IMG/VR virus record: IMGVR_UViG_3300005286_000504
Coordinates: 1 to 32,190 of that record
From: a virus
Taxonomy: Duplodnaviria; Caudoviricetes
Strand: one strand, 5' to 3'
DNA length: 32,190 nt
The notes beneath the pieces are model-generated. The model saw nothing but the letters and a program-made list of their open reading frames with translations, had not been told where the DNA came from and searched no databases. Below, in pieces: positions 1 to 9,386 of this stretch; positions within the stretch are counted from its first letter, which is position 1, and every line of letters starts with the position of its first letter. A program made the translations under genes and the position numbers.

Positions 1-153
1 AGAACGCCCTTTATCGAAATGCTCGCTAAAGTCGGACGTTCTATGACAACGTTCTGATATCCGCAAGAGCCAGATTGCGCGCCATATTTGGCCGATTCTC
101 GGCCAACCTACAGCGTGCGTGTCGTTTTCTTGTTCGTTACGACCAAGGGCCAC

Positions 154-1491
154 TCACCCCGGGATCGTGGTGACTGATGTGAGCGTGTCGATAGTCTGCC
201 CTCCAGGTCCCGGAGCTGGTGATGCAAGAAGCTTCAGCGTAGCCGCCCAGTTCGCATCACCAGTTCCGATACGTGCTGCCCACACTGCGCCTCCATATCC
301 ATAGGCGTGGATACCAGCGTCGTCACCTCCCGCAGCACCCGGAACCTGGAAAGCAATCGCAGGCCCTACGCCGGCCGGTAGATCGTCACCTTGTGTGTCC
401 TGAAGGATAAGATCAAGCAATACCTGGGGCTTTTCCGACACAGTCCAGACACCTCCGGTGTTCACGTCCCTTTTAACCGCACGCGTAATCGTGAGCTTGT
501 CTTCAACATCTATAACGCCGGACCGCTCGTCAAACTGATTGCGGCCGTCGAACGTAAGTGTCGGTGTAATCTGTATCGGGGCTGGAGCCCTGACGGAAAA
601 CTCCTTGGACGGAATATATTGGCGCTTAGACGCATTCCATCGGCGCACCCGCACGTAACGGCTGCCGTGGACGAACTCCATGACGCAATAAGAAACATCA
701 TTTCCCGTTTCCACGTAGCTATCGGTGTGCAGGCCGACATTGACGTGCCAAGCGCCATACTTGAACTCGTGTGCGACTGTCAGCGGGTCTGTCAGCCCCG
801 TGTTCGTTCCGGAGAATGAATTGTGACCTGAGACGACGAGATCGACGCGACATCCCGGCGTACCAAGGATCGAGGTGAAGCGCTCGGAGTTGCGCTGGAT
901 GCGGTCACTGTCCGACGCGTCTACGTCAGTCCCGAGTGTTCCGCGAAAGGGTTGATGGACATAGAGGATGATCATGTAGTGCTGATGTCGGCGCACCAGC
1001 GCTTTGAACCAGTCGAACGCGACATCTGTGATCTGACCGGGGCCGTCAAAGACCATGTCGCCGATGAAGACCCGCAGAACATTACCTTGAATGGTATGGT
1101 AAAAAATACGCGGAAAGAACTTCAGGTATTCATCCCACGACCGTGCGAGTTGGCTCGTGGTCGAGCCGCCGTAGTTTCCGTCATGATTGCCGGGAATGGC
1201 GAAAATATTCGCCCGCGGTATAGGTGATCTATCGAGATCGGCGCTCAAGTCCGCGTATTTATATACGGCCGGTGTTTCCTCTGGACCGTCAAGGCCAGTA
1301 TTACAGAGGTCGCCTCCGATAACCCAACTATCGGCATCGGCGTGGTAGATGGGCAGGTCCGCCAAGAACAGCTTATGCAATGCCAGGCTGATGGCTTTGG
1401 GCTGGGTGTCGGCCCAAAGCAATTCCTTCCACTTGCCTGGGATCGCTGTCCGCCTACGTTCACGAGCGGCGATGTTCTGATAGAATCCCAT
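154..1491 (-). CDS. Calcineurin-like metallophosphoesterase domain protein with C-terminal extension
   Basis: 445 aa. Ordered motifs LLWADTQ, GGDLCN, PGNHD, VHQP and SGHN match the metallophosphoesterase layout. ATG overlaps the upstream TAA (TAATG at 1489-1493). Confidence 0.8.
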   Translation of the reverse strand: MGFYQNIAARERRRTAIPGKWKELLWADTQPKAISLALHKLFLADLPIYHADADSWVIGGDLCNTGLDGPEETPAVYKYADLSADLDRSPIPRANIFAIPGNHDGNYGGSTTSQLARSWDEYLKFFPRIFYHTIQGNVLRVFIGDMVFDGPGQITDVAFDWFKALVRRHQHYMIILYVHQPFRGTLGTDVDASDSDRIQRNSERFTSILGTPGCRVDLVVSGHNSFSGTNTGLTDPLTVAHEFKYGAWHVNVGLHTDSYVETGNDVSYCVMEFVHGSRYVRVRRWNASKRQYIPSKEFSVRAPAPIQITPTLTFDGRNQFDERSGVIDVEDKLTITRAVKRDVNTGGVWTVSEKPQVLLDLILQDTQGDDLPAGVGPAIAFQVPGAAGGDDAGIHAYGYGGAVWAARIGTGDANWAATLKLLASPAPGPGGQTIDTLTSVTTIPG

Positions 1492-2999
1492 TAGAATGCT
1501 CCTATGCGCGAACGTAGGGTTTGTATGGCTGAATTGATCGCGAAAATCTGATCGTCAGTCAGCCCGCCGCCAACGAAATAGGCGTGTGCGGCTCGGTCTT
1601 CTGCCGGGGCGAAAACCGTCATTTTTGCTGTTGAAGGATCGGTCGTCGTTGGGGAGGCGGCAGATGCGCCGATCTTCGCCCCGTCACGATAGTTGGCTAT
1701 GTCGTTTGCCGAAGTGCGAGAGCCTGCGGCGAACCCGTCCCGGAAGCCAGCGGCCGTCACAAGGGCCGTCGACTGGTTCAGCCGAACGGACTGGTTATTG
1801 GACGCGTCAACGGGCCGGAGAGTGAACCCTGCCGTTCCCGCTCCGCCGACGATCGACGCTCCGTTCAGGACGGATGTCCCGCCTGACACCATCAATCCTA
1901 CACTGGCGCTGTTGCGCTTGAACTGCGAAAGCTGCGATGGCGATTTGTCGAACAAGACATAGTTTGTCGGGTCGCCTTTGACGCCTACGCCGGGGACAAA
2001 CAAATCCCCACCCGTAAAATCCGGCATGACCGCTCCGGGCGACTTCAAGCTCACGCGAGACAATGCCCACGATGGGCCGAACCAGACACCCAAATAGTCC
2101 AGCAACGCCCAAGCCCCGCTATCGACAATCTCCTCGACCGCAGCATCGACTGCATAGCTGAACGAGCGCCGTGGTTCACTAAGACCGTGGCTCCAAATGT
2201 ATTCCAACCACGGCCTTGTTTCGGGCATGAATACGCCGTAGCCACCAATAGCGTAGGCACCAATCCCGATGTTCTGCCTCGCCTGCTCCTGCTGGGCGGT
2301 AGAGAGGGACTGTGCTGCATAGGAAACAGGGAACTGGACGCCCGCTGCGTAGGTCTGGGCTCGGTCAGCTTCAGTCTTTGCCCTGTTCGCTTCAGTTTCG
2401 GCCGCGGCCACAACGGCGCTAGACGCCTGATCGCTCAGGAGGCGGAAGCTCGTACCAGACACGATGCCCAGCACAATCATGCCGGCCGCGAGACCGCCCG
2501 CAGCAATATCGTTGCCGCTGTTAGTCTTTATCGTAAGCGGAGTACCGCCGTTGAAGCTGACCGTCACCGGCGAGCCAGTGTTCGCCTCAAAGATATTCAT
2601 CCAGACGAGCGCTGAACCCGAGACAGGGATGCTGGTTGTCGCCTGGAGAGCATTAGGCGTGCCGGCGCCAGCGTCGGACGCAATGATGAACGAGAACGGC
2701 AGGTCGCCGCGACGTGCCCAGGATCCAGTGCCAGATGCGCCAACCTTCCCATAGACGCCATTGTTCGCGACAACCGGATCGCCGAGCACCCAGGCCATTG
2801 CGCTGGCGCCATGCGCGACGTCATCGTCCAAGGCCGTCTTGCTGGGGTAGATCAGTCCGCCGGACGAGATGAACAGGCTGACAGCGCGTTCAAGTTCTGT
2901 GCCCCACACCGCCGCTTCCTGCTCGGAGATGGAGCGCGCGTTGCCGTTCTCGTCAACAGACGCAAAGATCTGCTGAGCAAGCTTCGTAAAGATGCCCAT
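1491..2999 (-). CDS. Tail fibre / receptor-binding-like protein
   Basis: 502 aa, directly after the tail-tip gene. Gly-rich N-terminal anchor, short coiled coil (AETEANRAKTEADRA), linker AQSLSTAQQEQARQNIG typical of phage fibres, then a distinct C-terminal domain. Confidence 0.7.
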   Translation of the reverse strand: MGIFTKLAQQIFASVDENGNARSISEQEAAVWGTELERAVSLFISSGGLIYPSKTALDDDVAHGASAMAWVLGDPVVANNGVYGKVGASGTGSWARRGDLPFSFIIASDAGAGTPNALQATTSIPVSGSALVWMNIFEANTGSPVTVSFNGGTPLTIKTNSGNDIAAGGLAAGMIVLGIVSGTSFRLLSDQASSAVVAAAETEANRAKTEADRAQTYAAGVQFPVSYAAQSLSTAQQEQARQNIGIGAYAIGGYGVFMPETRPWLEYIWSHGLSEPRRSFSYAVDAAVEEIVDSGAWALLDYLGVWFGPSWALSRVSLKSPGAVMPDFTGGDLFVPGVGVKGDPTNYVLFDKSPSQLSQFKRNSASVGLMVSGGTSVLNGASIVGGAGTAGFTLRPVDASNNQSVRLNQSTALVTAAGFRDGFAAGSRTSANDIANYRDGAKIGASAASPTTTDPSTAKMTVFAPAEDRAAHAYFVGGGLTDDQIFAINSAIQTLRSRIGAF

Positions 3000-3022
3000 G
3001 ATAGGTTCCTGATGTGAGGATG

Positions 3023-5203
3023 TTATCCGCTACCGCCTTCGTCAGGCACGGTGTATTCGAATATCAGAGCGGTGCCGGCCGTGCCGTCGCTCGTGAGGGT
3101 CTGCAGGCGCCGGGCTATAACTGTGCCAGGCGACTGTCCGTCCACCGGAGGATCGACAAACGTCAACTCCTGCATCGGGCGGGCGTTCTTCGTGTCGATG
3201 GTCTCGTAGGCTCCAAGAGCGACCTTCCGCTGCAGGCGGATTGCGGCGCACTGCACATCGGTTGCCCGTACTTTTACATCCAGTCCGCCCAGCTGTTCTG
3301 TCGTGTTGCCACCCGTGACAAGCACAGGTGCGGAACAGGGTGTGTTGTCGCTGCCAACTGTCAGATTGGCTGGCTCAGAGAAATACGACCCGTCATCGCC
3401 GTTGAAGACCCGTACCCGGGCGCCGATCGTCTGGCCGAGGAAGTCACCTGGCTCCCAGGCAACGTTTCCGCCGATCTCGTTCATCCCCTGCCAGGCGTTC
3501 GGGAGGCCACCGGTGTATGTCCGAAAGTTTGCCTCAACGATGTTATAGGCTTGGGCCGGCAGGCTGTAGCCGAGCCGCAGTTCCTTAGCCCCATTCGGAT
3601 AGGTGATCTGGATAGCAGCGTTCGGTGAGTTCGGTGTGATGAGGTTGCTCTCATAGCCAAGTTCCGGGATGACCTCAGGCGGCAGAGCTTCATCAACTGA
3701 TGGGTTCCATGCCGGCAGCGATGGCCAAACCGTGCAGGGGATTTCGACTGAACCGTTCTCGTCATCAATCCGCGGCGCCTCCATCCTGACGTTCAGGATG
3801 TCTCCAAGATCCGGCTCCTCGATCTGCGCATAAAGCAGACCCCATGCGGCCAGCCCGACCATGTTCGTTACCATGCGAACGCGGTCGGCCCGGGCCACGG
3901 CGAACTTGCGCCGAGCGATCCTCTGCGCCTGCGCGGCAGACGGGCAGAACGGCAGTTCGATGTCGAGGTATTTCGGACCGTATCGATCGACCTCGTCCTG
4001 GACGACGGCCCATGCGATGCCGGCAAGGTTCAGGTCCGCCAGCTCGTAATTCCGCTCCGGCGAGTAATAGCGCAGGCGGCAGATGTTCGGGCGATCAACA
4101 GCCTCGGGGCCGGACTGCCACCCATAGTCGTACATGTCCCGCGGCTCGAAGCTGATTTCCGGCGTAACCTCATCGTCGATCAGCTCAAAATAGATCAGTC
4201 CGTTCTCGTCCAGCCGGATCTCCAGCCCAGCCGAGTCCAGGAACTGGTGCATCGTGTCGCCGCGCTCGCTTTCCCAGGCCCACATGCCCCACAGGCGCGA
4301 GCGCTTTTCCGTTCCAGTCCTGGTGGCAACAGTGGCTTGAGCCTTGACGGCCTCGACGGTGATGCGAGGCCAGTTGAACCGCGCAGCCGAGAATGCCGGA
4401 TCGCGCCGCAGGACATGCGCGCAGACGAGGACGGAGTTCTCGCTCCACACCCATGTTGCCGGGATGTCCGGGTCACAGTCCTCATCGAACGGATCGTAGA
4501 TCCGGGATCCGCGTGCGATAACTTCCGAGTTCGGCGCGCCGTTCTGGTAAAGGCTGAGGTACTTTTCTTCGGCCAGGCCGGGATTGTAGAAAAGCAACTG
4601 CGACTGCGCGATACCCCGCACCCGGTGTGCGCTCGTCCAGAGTGTCGGGAACAGGTCAAGGAGCCCCGACCAGGCTGTTTCGGTGCCGGTGCCGACTTTA
4701 TCTTTCCAGTTCGCCCACGAGCCGCCAGGGCGCGCCCAAGGTGGGGAGCTGACATCGCCATTGGCTTCGACGATGACCTCGCGGCCACCGAGATAATAGG
4801 TCTCGAAAGCGTCCACCGGCCCCTGCAGGCGGCAGACGAGACGGGCGCGCGTGCTGCCATCCGTATTCCCAAAAGCCTGCAGGCCGCCCACGCGGACGCG
4901 GCCAACGCCTTCGATGACCGAGCTTTCACCTGTTTCGAAGGTGTTCTTTGCGTCAGATGGCTTGATCGCGCCGCCTTTCGGCCTTTGCGCCCCGAAAAGC
5001 GAGGCTGCAACCACCGCGCCACCGACAATGACGTTGGCCGCGATCGTTGCGATCGTGCCAGCGGCCGTGGCCGCGACAGCCGTGCTCGACAGCAGGAAGC
5101 CATGGATGGCCGTGGCGATCAGCGAAACAGGGTCCGCGTTGGCATGGCTCACCATCGCAGCCCATAAGGCGCTGCTGGAAAGCATCAGCTTTGCAAGCTT
5201 CAT
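3023..5203 (-). CDS. Tail tip / host-specificity (gpJ-like) protein
   Basis: Start moved to ATG 5203, which makes an ATGA overlap with the upstream stop; 726 aa. Large beta-rich protein after the NlpC-like gene, with GRVRVGG, IYDP..PATWVWSEN and AQAQRIARR segments typical of this class. Confidence 0.75.
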   Translation of the reverse strand: MKLAKLMLSSSALWAAMVSHANADPVSLIATAIHGFLLSSTAVAATAAGTIATIAANVIVGGAVVAASLFGAQRPKGGAIKPSDAKNTFETGESSVIEGVGRVRVGGLQAFGNTDGSTRARLVCRLQGPVDAFETYYLGGREVIVEANGDVSSPPWARPGGSWANWKDKVGTGTETAWSGLLDLFPTLWTSAHRVRGIAQSQLLFYNPGLAEEKYLSLYQNGAPNSEVIARGSRIYDPFDEDCDPDIPATWVWSENSVLVCAHVLRRDPAFSAARFNWPRITVEAVKAQATVATRTGTEKRSRLWGMWAWESERGDTMHQFLDSAGLEIRLDENGLIYFELIDDEVTPEISFEPRDMYDYGWQSGPEAVDRPNICRLRYYSPERNYELADLNLAGIAWAVVQDEVDRYGPKYLDIELPFCPSAAQAQRIARRKFAVARADRVRMVTNMVGLAAWGLLYAQIEEPDLGDILNVRMEAPRIDDENGSVEIPCTVWPSLPAWNPSVDEALPPEVIPELGYESNLITPNSPNAAIQITYPNGAKELRLGYSLPAQAYNIVEANFRTYTGGLPNAWQGMNEIGGNVAWEPGDFLGQTIGARVRVFNGDDGSYFSEPANLTVGSDNTPCSAPVLVTGGNTTEQLGGLDVKVRATDVQCAAIRLQRKVALGAYETIDTKNARPMQELTFVDPPVDGQSPGTVIARRLQTLTSDGTAGTALIFEYTVPDEGGSG

Positions 5204-5607
5204 CGGATCGACCAGACCTTCAGGATTGTGCGTGGGCGAGGGCGAAGCACGCGATAGCCCTGCGGCTCTGCGCGCCATGCGAAATAGTTCTCATCAATGA
5301 AGATCCCGCCGCACTGGCCATAGGCATGCGTTTCTATGATCCCGACGTCGCCCGCTTCGTGCACGCCCGTTTCCATCAGATGCGTCTGGGCAAGCGCCTC
5401 ATCCCACACCGCCACCAGCGAACCCGCCTTCTCGATAAGGGCACGCGCCTCATCACGATCGGCATAGGCCAGATGCGGCAGAGTGACGCCGCAGGCACGC
5501 TCGACCCATTCAGCCGGCCAGGTCGTGCAGTCGCTCACGCCCCAGACCATCGGCTTGTCGACCGTCTCGGCAAGAAAGGCTTGCAGCAGATCCGGGATAT
5601 CCGTCAC
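5200..5607 (-). CDS. NlpC/P60-like tail assembly protein (gpK-like position)
   Basis: 135 aa. WGVSDC motif (Cys-protease-like DC) and GDVGII; sits between the hub-like gene and the tail-tip gene. Confidence 0.65.
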   Translation of the reverse strand: MTDIPDLLQAFLAETVDKPMVWGVSDCTTWPAEWVERACGVTLPHLAYADRDEARALIEKAGSLVAVWDEALAQTHLMETGVHEAGDVGIIETHAYGQCGGIFIDENYFAWRAEPQGYRVLRPRPRTILKVWSIR

Positions 5608-6185
5608 GCGCGAATGACCTCCTGAACCTTCACGCCGACGAACTGCAGACCCTTGTCGCCGGGGTACCGACGTTGCTGCTCAGCGTCCGTCCACTTTCCG
5701 CCGAAGGGGAAGTTCTGGCTTTGCCACAGCGTCTCGACTGTGAATGAGACGGTGCGAAGCCCTATACCCGTCGTCTGCCGCTTCGGCGACGAGAGGTAAC
5801 CAGGAAACAGCTTCTTCAGGCCGCCGCTCCAAACTTCCTGCGTTTCCTGGTCAAAGGCGCACCAGTAGATGTCGCAGAGCGCTCCTTCCGTCTGCCGCGC
5901 CTGATCCTTGACCGACCGAAGGAAGTCAGTGTTCACGCCAGACAGGACGATGTCCACCTTCGCCGCCTGCCCGAACCGCGGATCCTCGACAGCCGACAAG
6001 GAAACGAGTTGCCGGCCGGCAGGATCGGAGACGCCGGACCACTCGCGGCCGGCTACAGTCTGCGTGCCGACGCCATTGTGCAGCCGCCACGTCCCGGACG
6101 GCAGACCAAGCTCGGCAAACCAGGCGCGCGCAATATGTGGCCGCCGCAAGAACTCGCGCTCAGCCTCATCAAAGATCGTTGGCAT
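5604..6185 (-). CDS. Minor tail / baseplate hub-like protein (gpL/DUF2163-like position)
   Basis: 193 aa. C-terminal WTDAEQQRRYPGDKGLQFV motif seen in siphophage tail genes; synteny. Confidence 0.65.
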   Translation of the reverse strand: MPTIFDEAEREFLRRPHIARAWFAELGLPSGTWRLHNGVGTQTVAGREWSGVSDPAGRQLVSLSAVEDPRFGQAAKVDIVLSGVNTDFLRSVKDQARQTEGALCDIYWCAFDQETQEVWSGGLKKLFPGYLSSPKRQTTGIGLRTVSFTVETLWQSQNFPFGGKWTDAEQQRRYPGDKGLQFVGVKVQEVIRA

Positions 6186-6187
6186 TG

Positions 6188-6913
6188 TCAGTCCGCAAAA
6201 TATTGCCGCACGTCGGAGTCGAAGACTTCGGTCATGATCAGCGTGGTTTCGTCGCCGTGGCCGACGTTGCGGCTCAGCTGCGCGCTCTGCTCGCCATCGA
6301 GCCGCATCGCCAGTACCGGTTGGAGTGTGGCGAAATCGTCCGTCGTGACCGCCTTTCGCAGCGGCGGCCAGATCCGATACTCACCGCCACCACGATCCTC
6401 GGTGACGACGTATTTGCCGAAATGGAAGGGGAAGAAACCGATCTCGTCACCCATGCCGAGAGAACGCCCCCAGTAGAGCGGTTCGAGCCGAACGACCGTC
6501 GCATCTTTGGCGGCAGCCGCGGCGACCGGTACATTCGGTGGAGAAACGCTCCAGTTCTTGCCGTTCGACCACGACCGGCCATTGGCCCACGGCATGCCGG
6601 ATCTTTCTTGCGCGGCGGTTATCTTGGCGCCGGCTTCCTTCAGCGTCATCCCGTCCGGAACGGGCCAGGGTACACGCACGGCATTGGCGCCGCCATGCAG
6701 CGCCGTCACAAGCCCCTCGATGCGCCGGTACATACGCCCCTTGGCCGCAGGCAGCAGGAGTTCGTATTTCCACGCACCAAACGGCGACGAAACACTCTGG
6801 TAGCGCCCGCCGATAGTTTCCTGTCCGCCGGACGCGCCAACGGTGCGCGGACCTGCTAGCGGCCGCCTGGATCGAATGCCAAGGCCGACCGGCCAGTTGA
6901 GCAAGCGCCCCAT
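6188..6913 (-). CDS. Distal tail (Dit-like) protein
   Basis: 241 aa, immediately downstream of the tape measure gene (TGATG overlap at 6911-6915); IWPPLR motif. Assignment mostly by position. Confidence 0.55.
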   Translation of the reverse strand: MGRLLNWPVGLGIRSRRPLAGPRTVGASGGQETIGGRYQSVSSPFGAWKYELLLPAAKGRMYRRIEGLVTALHGGANAVRVPWPVPDGMTLKEAGAKITAAQERSGMPWANGRSWSNGKNWSVSPPNVPVAAAAAKDATVVRLEPLYWGRSLGMGDEIGFFPFHFGKYVVTEDRGGGEYRIWPPLRKAVTTDDFATLQPVLAMRLDGEQSAQLSRNVGHGDETTLIMTEVFDSDVRQYFAD

Positions 6914-8742
6914 CAGAGCGGCCTCGTCTTGCGGCTGTTGGAGACACCGATCCGGCCATCGACCATCTTGCCGAAGTTTCGCTGCATGTCGTTCAGCTGC
7001 CGCTGCACCCGCGCCAGACCAGCCTGATCGGCGCCCTGCGCATTGATGACAGGCGCAAAGACGATGGAGCCGCCACCTGCCGATTGCCCTGGTTTGGTAA
7101 TGCTTACGGTCTCGTTCGGGCTTGCCTTGAAGGCGACCAACTGGCTGTCAATGCCGCCGGCGCCACCAACCTGGAAGGAGCCGCCATTCGCGAAGCCCAA
7201 GAGCCCTTTGAAGATGCCGCTGAACAGACCGCCGATACCACTTCCGCCGCCGCCCATCTTCGAGAATGCCATGCTGGCAATCTGCTGCAGAACGCCCTTC
7301 AGGACATCGGACCATTTCTTGGTGCCGTTGATCGCCGCGCCGATCGATGAGCCAATGCTTTCGAACGAACTGCTGATATCGTCTGCAACCTGCAATACAC
7401 CGCTTTTGACGTCGACGCTGGTCATGCCGTTGTTCAGGCCGGTCATGATATGCACACCCAACTCATGCATCAGGCGGGATGGTGATCGGACGATGAAATA
7501 GTCTGCGATCCCGTTGTAGATGGAATCCCCGATGCCAACGACGCTGGACTTGACGCTTTCCCACTTGCTCTGGATGCCCTGCCATAACCCGTCGATGATG
7601 TGCCCGCCTAGTTCCATCATCTTCGCGGGCAGGGCCCGGAAGGCATCAAGGATATCCGTGGCGATCTGAACAACGCGGTCCTTGAACGCAACGAAGGCCT
7701 GAGACGCGCTTTCCACGCCCGCCTTTATCTGAGCCCATAATTCGCCTGCCATCTGCTGGAGGTACGGGATTGCTATCTGCAGCGCCTGGTAAAGCGCCAC
7801 CATTCCTGCAGTCGTCGCAGCGATCGCGGCAACAACGGCAAGAACGGGCGCGCTGATGGCCGACACCGCGGTCAACATGAGGCCAAGCGAAAGAACCACT
7901 GGTCCAATTGCCGCCGCAACACCGCCGATCACGACACTCCACTGCAGGATCTGCGGGTTGGTCTGGGACAGGGTCTGGATGAGGCTCGTGGCGCCTTGCA
8001 CCAGCTGCGTTACGAATTCGAGTATCCCGCTGGTCGCGATGGCAATCGTCAGCGCCTTCAGGGCCTCCCCCATAGCTCGGAGCGCGTCGTTATACGCTTT
8101 AAGTCCCGCCGCCTGATCCTCTCGAATGACGGCCGCCCCCTCGCCAAGTGCACGGAAACCTTCGCCACCTTGCGCCAGGAGCGGTATAAGCGCGGTGGCA
8201 TCGGAAGCCATTGCCTCAAGATAGAAGGTGAGGTCCTGCTGGGAGGCGCCGGCCTTGACGAGGCTGTCGTAATAGAGCTGGAGCGCCTGTGGCCCGGACA
8301 GGTTCTTGAAGGCGTCCGCCGTCAGCCCGATCTTCGGGGCGATCTGCTCGAAGAAGTCCTTCATGGGACCGCCACCGGTGGCATTGAAGTCGCCGACGCG
8401 GTCGTTCACGTCCTTGAAGATGTCCGAGAGCTTGTCGCCCTCGATCCCGACCGATTTTGCGGCGAATGCCAGCTTCTGGAACTCCTCGAACCCGACGTTG
8501 GAAATCTGAGCGGACTTTCGCAGGCTGTCGATGTCCTTCGCCATGCTGCTTGCTGCAGCGGCCACAGCGCCGCCGGCAAGCGTCAATGGCGCGGTGATGG
8601 CGGCAGAGAGGGTCGTCCCCCAGCCCTGCAATTGCTTGCCGACCCGCTGCATGGATGCCTGGACACCTTTGATGCCATCGACGAACTGTGCCGTATCAAT
8701 CCCGAGGTTGACCCTCAGGGCGCCTATCACCGCACTTGCCAT
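6913..8742 (-). CDS. Tail tape measure protein
   Basis: 609 aa, Ala/Gly-rich and helical with a hydrophobic central stretch. N-terminal IGALRVNLGIDTAQF, VRSPSR motif and C-terminal GFANGG..VGGAGGIDSQLV; follows the chaperone genes. Confidence 0.92.
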   Translation of the reverse strand: MASAVIGALRVNLGIDTAQFVDGIKGVQASMQRVGKQLQGWGTTLSAAITAPLTLAGGAVAAAASSMAKDIDSLRKSAQISNVGFEEFQKLAFAAKSVGIEGDKLSDIFKDVNDRVGDFNATGGGPMKDFFEQIAPKIGLTADAFKNLSGPQALQLYYDSLVKAGASQQDLTFYLEAMASDATALIPLLAQGGEGFRALGEGAAVIREDQAAGLKAYNDALRAMGEALKALTIAIATSGILEFVTQLVQGATSLIQTLSQTNPQILQWSVVIGGVAAAIGPVVLSLGLMLTAVSAISAPVLAVVAAIAATTAGMVALYQALQIAIPYLQQMAGELWAQIKAGVESASQAFVAFKDRVVQIATDILDAFRALPAKMMELGGHIIDGLWQGIQSKWESVKSSVVGIGDSIYNGIADYFIVRSPSRLMHELGVHIMTGLNNGMTSVDVKSGVLQVADDISSSFESIGSSIGAAINGTKKWSDVLKGVLQQIASMAFSKMGGGGSGIGGLFSGIFKGLLGFANGGSFQVGGAGGIDSQLVAFKASPNETVSITKPGQSAGGGSIVFAPVINAQGADQAGLARVQRQLNDMQRNFGKMVDGRIGVSNSRKTRPL

Positions 8743-8745
8743 TGA

Positions 8746-9012
8746 TCACCTGCTTTTGCGAGATGCGAGCCAGCCGCGCACGGTGGCTTCAAGTTGCGCC
8801 GGCGTCATCGGGCCGGTCCGCTTGGTTTTAGCCTTCAGAAGTGTTTCCAGCTTCGGAAGTTTTTTTGTCCGGGCCAGTGCCTCGATGTGCCAGGCCAGGA
8901 TGATGTTTTCGTTTCGCTCGCGCCTTAGCCTTGCTACGCTGCCGTCGAGGATGACGCGTATTTCTCTGAGCGTGAGCCGCCAGAAATGCGAAGGATCCTG
9001 TCCGCTTTCCAC
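8746..9012 (-). CDS. Tail assembly chaperone, T part (probably expressed as a G-T frameshift fusion)
   Basis: DPSHFWRLTLREI motif. The frame is open upstream to the slippery heptamer at 9057-9063 in the -1 frame of the G gene. Confidence 0.75.
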   Translation of the reverse strand: MESGQDPSHFWRLTLREIRVILDGSVARLRRERNENIILAWHIEALARTKKLPKLETLLKAKTKRTGPMTPAQLEATVRGWLASRKSR

Positions 9013-9029
9013 CCATGAATTGAGCAGGT

Positions 9030-9386
9030 CTAGCGGCAGGAAGCCTTCGCCTTCTGAGGGTTTTTGCTGTTCCCCGTCGCCTCCGGGAACGCCAGTTGGA
9101 AGGCCCTGGTGATTGCGTCCATGCAGGCCTGAAGGCCGGCCGCACCGGCAATCGCACCAGCATCCTTTTCTGTGACGTCGGGATGATGATCATGCAGGCC
9201 GCAAAGGATCAGCTTTCGAACATCGCTGATCCGGATGTTTTCGCTGTCGTCGAAGATCTCCCCAAGTTTTGGAGCCGGCCGGCCGAAAACCTCCTCCAGC
9301 TCACAAAGCGCATTGACGGAAAACGAAACGGTATATGCCGTGTCGCCGGCCTGGAGCGCGACCGAGCCGCGAGCAGCGTTCGCCAT
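9030..9386 (-). CDS. Tail assembly chaperone G (GTA-gp10-like)
   Basis: Start moved to ATG 9386 (TGATG overlap with the tube gene stop); 118 aa, MANAARGSV..FSVNALCELEE; lies between tube and tape measure genes. Confidence 0.8.
   Translation of the reverse strand: MANAARGSVALQAGDTAYTVSFSVNALCELEEVFGRPAPKLGEIFDDSENIRISDVRKLILCGLHDHHPDVTEKDAGAIAGAAGLQACMDAITRAFQLAFPEATGNSKNPQKAKASCR
9057..9063 (-). other. Programmed -1 ribosomal frameshift site A AAC CCT
   Basis: X XXY YYZ heptamer in the G frame (AAA AAC CCT). The -1 frame reads KPSEGEGFLPLDLLNSWVESGQDP straight into the T ORF. Confidence 0.75.

Noticed and set aside
1-153. att site, lysis gene or continuation of the phosphoesterase beyond its TGA
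   Set aside because: Too little sequence at the window edge; no recognisable motif, tRNA fragment or repeat partner.
5204-5278. ORF-track N-terminal extensions (also 10308, 10727, 14054, 18562, 21981, 24210, 26565, 29086)
   Set aside because: Downstream starts give stop/start overlaps or clear RBSs, or avoid long overlaps with neighbouring genes or regulatory sites, so the shorter starts were used.
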